From: Dimorphilus gyrociliatus
Taxonomy: Eukaryota; Animalia; Annelida
Direction: 5' to 3'
Length of the DNA: 64,000 bases
Assembly (NCBI GenBank): GCA_904063045.1
Contig: CAJFCJ010000004.1
Location: 799,713-863,712, forward strand
Below, piece by piece: positions 55,038 through 64,000 of the stretch. Both the position numbers and the translations under genes were made by a program. The stretch's first letter is position 1. Every line of letters begins with the position of its first letter. Under the pieces are notes generated by a model, which made no database searches, was not told the DNA's origin, and was given only the letters and a program-made list of their open reading frames with translations.

Positions 55038-58000
55038 ATGCTATCTCGCGCAGCCGCTAAGAATACCGATAAAAAGGGCATAGAAAGTATTAATTATAAA
55101 CTATCTAGTTTCATTTATATCGTTTTGTATTTTATAATAATTCGAATCAATTAGGCAATTTGCCTTCCGCGGTTAATACTAATTTCACTCTCCCAACGGA
55201 TAAACGGTAAGAGATAGTGTGATATTGTTTTCAACTCTTGTTCAAATACTGAATAAATTATTAACGTCTTCCTTGTTTGCTGTCTTGCAGAAGTTGTACG
55301 GATATCATTTGCTGTTTATTCTATTTGCTGTGCTTTCTGGCCTTCCTTGTAATTAGTTTTATTGGTAATAAACGTTGAATTAAAAGTATTAACGTAAAAT
55401 TTTATATACTGATTGAGTTATATGATGTTAGCAATGGCAAAAGCCGATCCAAAATTATTAATTTATCCTATGGATTCTCACGGACAGCTTTGCGGTGCTG
55501 GTGGAACCAAGTAATATAAAATTATAATCTTCAACTATCATATATAGCTATAATTGTTTACTTAATCTTTATCATTCTGCCTCTACCCCTCTCTTTCTCT
55601 TGTTTTGTTTTCTTTCTCTCCATCGATTAGAAACGATCCTTATCTATTCTTTTTTGATTTGGGAGAATGTACAAAATTTACGACTCAATTATCAAAAACC
55701 GGTTGTCCTACAAGGCAAATTTGTATAGCTAAATGCCCCAATTCTACGTGGAATTGGCACATACAAGAGATACTAGAGAGGAATAAAACGGATAAGGAAA
55801 TCATAAGTATCCGAAAGAAGAATCTTATATGCAAATACGATATAGATTTTTCTATGCACAAATACAGAAAGGTTAATATAGGCTATAAACACTCTTATTA
55901 TTCGTTGAATTCTACATTTTCCTTTTTATTAAGTCAAGTAAATAGGAAATTATTATATACCAATAGAATATCTTTGACTATAAGAGCCTACGCTGGAGGC
56001 ATTATTAATAATTCTTGTCTTGACTGATGTTGTCAAACAACGCTTGTAATGAATTATTAGTCCATAATAATAGATAAAAAGAAACGTTTTTCCGAAATGA
56101 AACGCCCAAGCAGCTTAATTAATTTGATTTAAATTTATACTTTTTCAACATGTAGAAGAGTTTAAGTCAACTGGTAGAAGATGAAGAATGTGCTCCCTAC
56201 TATGTTCCATCCAGACCTATTGTTAGTCGTTGCGTACCAAAGCTGAAGAAAGCTCCCTCTACCGAAAGAGTTTTTGAGAGATTAAAGAATGTTAGAGAAG
56301 TTGACGTTGACAAAATAACTTGGGGGGATATAAAAAGTGCATCATAGTAAATCATTTTCTCTTCTTTTCTACATTTGTCAGCTTCAATATAAGTATTTTG
56401 TATACTTTTATCTTTTAGCGCTCTTGGACTATTGTTATCATCAACTGAAAATATGGTTTTAATTATTAAAGATATTAAACAGACATGGCATCTTATTCTT
56501 GCGTAATAAATCATTAAGAATTATTACTTTGTCTCCCTATATTATTTCTTCTAATTAATATTCTTGTATGGTTCGATTTGCAGAGGAATTTCTATTTCTG
56601 CTTTATTATCTCTTCTAATTATACTCATGTTAAGATTTTATGCTCCACTTGCCGTGTGGGCAAGTATAGCAGCTGTGTTTATTGGTATTCTTTTAGGTAA
56701 AATAATTAGTTAATTACTAATGAACGTTCGTACTATACAAACAATATATGTATATATTTATAGTTGTAATCTATTCAATATACGCTTATAAAGAGATGGC
56801 AACTAATGAGGTTGACGATGATATTTCATCATTTCTTGAAAACTTTTTCCTCCTAAAACCATCTAGAATATTCTGGCTAACTATAGGTAATTCAGTAGTA
56901 GTATTTTATGTATATTTTATTTATCTATCTCTATCTCTATTTACCAGCAATTATCGCAGCAATACTTGATTTACTACTTATTATTATTGTGATAAGTTTA
57001 TTTCAAAGAATTCGGCTATCTATTCGTATAATCTCCGAGGCTAGCAAGTCTGAATGAATAGTTTTCTATTCTTTTTTAAGCAGATAAACTTTAAATAGTT
57101 ATATTTCTATCCTCTAAAAATAGGGCTATCAGTAGGATGCTGATGATTATTGTATGGCCAATAGTGCCATTTGCTCTGCAAATAGCAGTCGTTTCGTATT
57201 GGATTCTTAGCGCAATGTAAGTATGTAAGAAAAAAAATCAAACAGGAAAATGAAAAAGGAAGTAGACAGAAACGAGTAATGGAGGGTGTTGGGAGTAGGA
57301 GCGCGGGCGTAATATTCTGGGGGGCGAGAGGGAAAGAAAAAAGATGTATCTTCTATAATCACAAGAAGAAACCTTTTCCCTTCTATTAGAAAGGTTAAAG
57401 AAACAAAATTCATACGTATCGCCAAAAGATAAGCAAACTGATAAACAAATATATAAACTTTTAGCTACCCCTTAAAAAAATAAATGTTGATGGATGGCAG
57501 TTATAAACTATTTCAATATATATAATCACTGAAAGATACAATATGCTTATATAATGTTCTATTTTTCAATTAAATAATATAATTTTTTAATAATATCTTT
57601 AATTTATTTAACTATTTTTTAGCTCTCTAGCATCGATAGGAACGAATCGGTACGCAAGTTTCGAATTAGATAGAGATATTAATGAAGAAAGAACATTTAA
57701 AAAGATTATAAATGTATTCGAATGTGATAAGAATGACAATAAGGTTCAAAATTCTACATGCCATTTTTTGGGTCATATTGATGAATATATGAGATATTTG
57801 CAAGTTTTTATGGGATTTATTGCAATTTGGACATTGTTTTTTATTATCGCTTTTGATCAATTCACAATTGCTGGCAGTTTTTCTACATATTTTTGGACTC
57901 GTAATAAAAAAACCTTTGCCCAAACAACACCTTTGAAAAGTATGTTTCTAACTTTAAGGTAATGTCAATATGTGGTTGCTAAATAATCTTAATTCCATTG

Positions 58001-59721
58001 CTAGATATAAGCCTAATATCTTCATCCAATAGGTGAAAATTGTATATTTTATTTTACAATATTTATACAGATATCATATGGGAACTTGTGCATTTGGTTC
58101 CTTACTTATAACTACGTTTAAAGCTATAAGAGCTCTGTTACTTTTTATACAAAGAAGACTGAAAAAGTCTAAAAGTAGTTGCGCAATATTTGCGCTAAAA
58201 TGTATGATTTGTTGTATGTGGTGCCTTGAAAAACTGCTACAATTTATAACAAAATATGCATATATACGGGTAATGGTATAACATAATCCATTTATTAGTG
58301 ATATTAACATAGCCTATATATTAATTAGTGCGCTATACATGGAAAAAACTTTTGCCAAAGTGCCTTCGAAGCTGGCCAATTACTTCTTAAAAACGCAACA
58401 AAGTACGTTATAAATAGCAAAACAATATTCAAAATATGATGTCGCAGTTTTAATTAAAAGTTTTCTTCTATCAATCTATCAAATTAAGCTTTATAAGAAA
58501 ATTTTTTTATTTAAAAAAGCGACACCTAGCGATATATCAAATTATAATCTTTTGTATAGACATTTTTATAAATTATAGTCTTTATTATGTATTAAAATAT
58601 TAATCAGACATAATTTAAGCTCATTTATTTTCTTTTCTAAATAGAGTAGCAACGGTGGAAAAAGTAAATGATTTAGTAATCTTTTTCTCTAAAGGCCTAT
58701 CAGTCTTACTAACCAGTTGGTTTTATATTCTTTTTACGCTTGAACTTTTTATATAAATATTAAATTAATACCAACTTTTGAAAAAAGCTCTACTATCTTA
58801 TTATATCTTTGTCTATGATCCGAAGAAAAAGACGTTTCTATCAGATTTAGAAACGCCAGATGTTTATTTCCCAATCATTCCAGTTATAGTAAGTTTTTGA
58901 CGTAAAGACGCCTATACGTATAGTTAATCTAAATAATTTTTGACGACTACCAAAACCCTTTCCCTCCTCTGTCTATCTTCCTCCATAGGAGACTTGTTGA
59001 TGCACAATATTATACAAGTATATGTAATATTTATATAGAGCAATATGCTCTATAAAATACTTTTTTTTTTTACTTTTATTTAAAAAAGAAAAGCTGCTTT
59101 CTTTTTCTTTTTTTCTTTTTTTTTTGTACGAAATTGATGTACAGAAAGTATATACAGCATGTTGAAAAAGTAAATAAAGTCAGGTATATGTACTTTCGTG
59201 CTCTAAGGTAGAAAATTTAATTTACATTGTGCATCTGTTTTTTATTGATTATATAATTTTAACGAATATAATCTACTTCTCATATACAATTAAAAATTTA
59301 AGTTATATAAAAATATTAGTTCACTTTATAATATTCCCCTTTTATATCGTTAATTAAGATATTATCAGTGCAAATTATTTTCAATAAGTACTTTAAAACC
59401 TTTTTATGTTATGCAGTTGATAGCTATTGGATCCTATGTTGTGTCATCATCGTTCTTTGAAGTATATGACACTGGAGTAGATACTATATTTCTTTGCCTA
59501 AGTAATAACGTACTTTCTTTTTCAATATAATATCTTTAATCCGAAAAATTGTAATAAAACCTAATTAAATAGTGGAAGATATAGAGAGAAACGACGGTTC
59601 AGCAGAAAAACCATATTACATGAGTATTAGTTTAGCAGAGATTGTATTGGATAGAGAAAATGCTAAAAAAGTAAAGGTTATGAAAGAAATGATGAAAAAG
59701 AGAAAACAATCAAATATGTGA
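55038..59721 (+). CDS. Choline transporter-like protein, divergent tandem paralog B
   Basis: Exons 55038-55086, 55155-55206, 55291-55364 (RSCTDIICC), 55432-55510 (YPMDSHGQLCG), 55631-55871 (GCPTRQICIAKCP), 56155-56346, 56419-56502, 56584-56696, 56764-56886, 56948-about 57047, 57124-57216, 57623-57958, 58071-58275 (YHMGTCAFGSL), 58329-58402, 58645-about 58717, about 58789-58888, 59418-59502 (GVDTIFLCL), 59573-59721 (EDIERNDGSAEKPYYMS). A few internal boundaries are approximate by 1-3 nt. Confidence 0.92.
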
Positions 59722-62204
59722 AATAGTATTTAAAAAAAGAAAGTGTTTAAACCTGTTTTTGTATTTCTTTTTAAAGGAAGTAAATTATTAATTAATTCCT
59801 TTATTTTTTGTCATTGAAATAATATAATTCCAATGATTTATTTGTAATCAATATAATTTCAAAATACAAAAAAATAAAATCCCTTACCTAGTCTCGACAA
59901 GGTAGGAATCGATTGAAAACACCTTTTGTTTAGTAGGTTTTTATGTTGTTATTTTTTTTAAATAGCCAAAGTTTTGTAATTTTTCATTCATAGACTCGTG
60001 ATATTATAACTAATTTATTAAATTAGTAAGGGAAATAGGTGAGTATTGAAGAGAGAGAGAAAATAATAGGTTTATAATTTTATCAATTTATAATAAATCA
60101 TAATAAAACAAACACAACAACAGTTTTATTGCAGAGGAATTATATTAAAAGATATATAATGTACTATTTCATAAATATACTGTATATTGCATAAAGTACT
60201 ATATAATACTCGTCCATAGTTTAACATAAATACAAATTTACGGAAGTTACAGGTATAACGAACCCCAGAAACAATCGATTAATCGCTGCCTCTGTCATCG
60301 GCTTATGTAAAAAATATGGGACGAGTTATTAGTTTTACTCAATTTTCTATATATACACTAATACTAATATATAAATAAGTATACATATATATATATACTA
60401 ATCTCCTATTTGAGTTCATATTAATAACGACTACAAAAGGTAAACGGAATAAATAAAATTCAAACGTTAGAGTTATTTTATTATAATAACACTATCCATA
60501 GGATTTTAATTATTAGATGGAATACAGAAACTGTCAGTTATAATTAACTTCCGAAAGGCAGCCCTTGACGTTACCACCATGATCATTAAGATGTTATTTA
60601 TTTGGTTCCTTGAAATTGTCACGTTGAGCCCCAGGACTATCAATTATTTTTTATTATCAATCAAGGAACGTCGAATGTAAATTTCTTAAGTCTTGAAAAC
60701 GTTATAGACTGCTTCATGATTGATAATTCCCTGAATTTCTAGGAAAAATGTTTGTTGTAGATTCTAGTAAATGTACATAGACTGTCTATACACAGTATAT
60801 ACATATATCAACTGTCTAAATTGTATACTAATAGTCATTTGAATAAAGCGGATAAATCTTTTAAGATTTGCGTGACGAAGAAGTTTTATGACTTTAAGTA
60901 AAAATGGATTCCTTCTCGATCCCATTTTCTTGTCGATATATCTTACCCTTCTAGAAATTTCACTTATTCCTCTGCTGATTACCGTACTCTATTTCACAAT
61001 CCAGCATAACCAATCATATGAAATACTCTTTTACCTAAATTTTTAAGTAAACTATTAAAAAGTATTTATCATATAACTAATAACAAGAGATATAATTGAT
61101 AAATCAACAGTAGCGTTATTACTATAAAAAAGTATTTGTTAGCGAAACGCAGTATTCCATTTTAAGAGACAAGTCTATATTGAATTACGAATTGATTTGG
61201 CAGTTAGTCTGGTTAAGAGAATAAGATATTCCGTTTTCTCTTTTTTTGCAAATTCTCTCTTCGATTGTTTGGTTATCAAAAAAAAATATGAAAAATAATA
61301 AGAAATTTCTATGATAAACAGCTATTTCAATAGCAACTTCGGAAAATTAGCTGTATTATTGAAATACGATAAACTATCTTCAAAAGATTATTAGTGTCGA
61401 ATTTTATTTCAATTCTAAAAGAATTCTAAAAGTATAGCTAGCATCTTTAATAACTTTCAACTATACGTCAAGCTCTACAAATAGATTGCTCTTATTGTAA
61501 AAGACTAGACAGCACTTTTCTTCTTTTAATAACGTGAACATTAATTTTCAAAATTGTTAAGATAAAAGAAGTGAAAATTGATGGCAGTTTAGATCTTGCA
61601 CAATACATTTAACCATACAAGCTTTAAAACAGAAATGTAACAGAATTACTTGTAGCCTTCTAACATGAAAACGACCTACTTTTAACGGATAAGTTGTAGA
61701 AACTTCGTTTATAACGTTACAGTGGTTACTTTATAATTGTCATTTTGTAATAATCTTTATATTTACATTAATAGCAGCAGTATCTAAGGAAACAAATACT
61801 ACTATATTTAACCGTCGTTTCTGTAATAATGTACATTTAATATATCTACTGTTTATTCTTTTAATCAGAAACTGATCATAGTGAATTAGTTTTTTATTAA
61901 ACACTTGCCTTTTAATATACTGTATATAAATAATACTACTTATTCTTTCCACTGCTTTATAATACTACTGAATTAAAAATGTAAAACTAATATAGTTTTT
62001 CCAAGGGTTTACAACTTTTAAGATATAAACTTGACACTCTCTAATTGTATTCAAACTTGAGCTCTTTAGACTATCTTTTTGTAAGATTCGCTTGAATCTC
62101 GGTTTTAAGACGTTATCAAAATTCATAGGGTACAAAAAAAATTAGCTAATTGTGTTTTCAATAACAGCCGAAAACATCGAGGAGATGGGTAACTAGTTCA
62201 AATA

Positions 62205-64000
62205 TCACAATATCCAATTTTGTAAGAGATCGATAAGTCTACCCTGATCTCTCTCTCCTATTGAAAATTTCTTCCTCCAATCCCAATAATATGCGCTCAT
62301 CATCGCAAAAGAATAAGTAGATCCGATAGTTATTAAGCTGAGTATGGATAACAATGATAATCCACTTAAACCATGCCCCATTGTACATCCGCCGGCTATT
62401 CTTGCCCCCAAAAAGAGAAATATACCACCAATGAACGCGTCAGATGCCTTTACACCTTTCACAATTTGAAATGAGTTTGATAAAGATGCTGAGTAGTAAG
62501 ATCCTCCCGCAATGAAAATTGTGAAAACAATCTGTAAAAAAATTGAAATTGCTAAATCAACTAACTAGTAATTTAATATTTTAAGCCACAGGAACAGCCC
62601 GAATCTGTCCTAGAAAGAAGACGTTTAGAGTATTGATTTGCCTTGCACTTTTACAAAATGCTATTATAGATTTTCTAACAGGTCAGATTGTTTTTGGACA
62701 ACACCAAAGTTAACAGATAATGGCAAATCACTTAAAGAAATATTTCCTGCTTTGAAAAAAGATTTCCCATTTGAAATTTTTTTGTATGTTGTTTTCTTTA
62801 CATACCTTGTTGTTGAAGGTGGAGGTAGGGGGAAAAGACATTGAATTTGATAACATAATGGTTCTGGATACAACTCTATAATAGTCAATATTTGTAGAAT
62901 TTTGTACGATTGCGACAATTTGGTTTCTCAAAATTTGCATAAAAATGACTATTTGTAATCAGTTTACTATTATTTAGTCCATTTATTCGTGGAAAATTTG
63001 TCGAATCTAGCTAAAGAGTGCGCTTATTTACTAACTTTTCACTTAAATATGTGATCATGAAACAAATAACAGAAAGATTGCCTAGCCCCTTTGTCAACTA
63101 TTGCAATGTTAGGATTAATTCGATGAACCAAATTTACCTTTAATCTGGTTAAACAATTACTAATTTTATACCTGGATATGTTAAAGAGTTTTTAATTGCT
63201 ATGAATATCTTTCGAAACAAATAATTATTAAAGGATGGAAGCTTGATAAATTTCAAAGTAAATCTCTCAGTTCGTTTTTCATACAAAAAACAATGAATAC
63301 TAACAAAAAAGGTTGTAAAAAACACTATCCTTTTACAATAAGTACAAATGGATATGCTAAATTCATAAGTGTAAAAATAGCTGGATTTTACAATGATAAA
63401 CCTGTGAAAAAGTATGGATTATTTACTCGTTTTAAACTAGTAAGCGATCAAGACGATTAAAATCAAGAGGCAAATCTAGGCTACTGATATACGTAAGTAG
63501 AATTCAATCTTTGAAACAAAAAACATTACTGTTAAATAAAAGAAGAAATAGAATAAATTTAATTTGGAAAATTAATAAGAAAGAAAACATTTGAGATAAC
63601 TGTGTTTTATTTGACATGCACACGATTTTAGATCAATAAAATGCTTTGAAGCCAATGAAATTTTATATTGATTGATATGCCTGTACTCAGATTATCTTTT
63701 TGAATCCTTTTTTTGGTATAAGAGTCTCTTTTTCGCTTCTATTTCAGAAGTCGATTTATATAGCTCGAAATATACAGAAAAATGTAACAAATATTATAAC
63801 TTAATTCACATTAATGTTTTTTAATTTAACATTTTCTGAAGCTGTAATAATTAAATTTCCTAGTGTTTTGTACTTAATATTCCACTCTCCAGCAGATAAA
63901 ACCCCATCCTTTCCTCTCAATCCCTTCTATTCTTATATTAAAGCATGCAATCGGTATTTATACTTACAGGCCACACTGCATCAAACCAAGTATTAAATCG
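62205..64000 (-). CDS. YeeE/YedE (sulfur-transport family) membrane protein, 5'-partial
   Basis: Exon >64000-63968 (...RFNTWFDAVWP, donor gtaagt) splices in phase 0 to terminal exon 62531-62205 (acceptor tttttacag): IVFTIFIAGG...AFIGGIFLFLGARIAGGCTMGHGLSGLSLLSILS...*. The GARxAGGCxxGHG signature is characteristic of YeeE/YedE proteins. Confidence 0.85.

Noticed and set aside
861-58310. Antisense or off-frame ORFs over real exons (861-1073, 3778-3969, 29411-29644, 41124-41318, 45830-46123, 56200-56514, 57666-57923, 58074-58310)
   Set aside because: Shadow frames of TSC1, DAXX, PDE8 and SLC44 exons with no independent features.
60579-60769. Small plus-strand peptide MIIKMLFIWF...RRMKNVCCRF
   Set aside because: Weak signal-peptide character, only 41 aa and no family motif; compatible with chance.
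62205-62531. Bacterial contamination as the source of the YeeE sequence
   Set aside because: The exon has a spliceosomal acceptor, joins an upstream exon in phase through a canonical gtaagt donor, and matches host base composition.
1-64000. tRNA, rRNA, snRNA, known microRNA, CRISPR array or transposase/RT coding sequence
   Set aside because: No T-loop or cloverleaf, rRNA or snRNA signature, remembered mature miRNA, repeat-spacer array or DDE/RT motif was found by eye. Degenerate elements could have been missed without Rfam or repeat searches.

Overview
Very AT-rich, intron-rich animal genomic DNA. Many introns are only about 50-90 nt and simple repeats are abundant. A compact-genome invertebrate, probably a lophotrochozoan, is my inference and is not shown by the sequence. 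Hand-spliced gene models in order: TSC1/hamartin (+, 5'-partial, ends 11593); a small two-exon gene for a secreted six-cysteine peptide resembling eclosion hormone, missing from the ORF track (+, about 18574-20199); CIP4/FBP17/Toca-1 F-BAR-HR1-SH3 gene (-, 27124-21542) head-to-head with DAXX (+, 27557-29825); PDE8 (+, 32893-46329); two tandem SLC44/CTL choline-transporter-like genes (+, 46965-54543 and 55038-59721); and the 3' end of an intron-containing YeeE/YedE sulfur-transport-family gene (-, from beyond 64000 to 62205). No rRNA, tRNA, CRISPR array or recognisable transposon was seen. Best leads: the eclosion-hormone-like precursor, a duplicated and probably mutually exclusive exon pair in the first SLC44 gene, an animal YeeE, an H3K9-like TARKST motif in DAXX, and gene linkage matching the vertebrate MHC paralogon. 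All homology calls rest on remembered family motifs; no searches were run.
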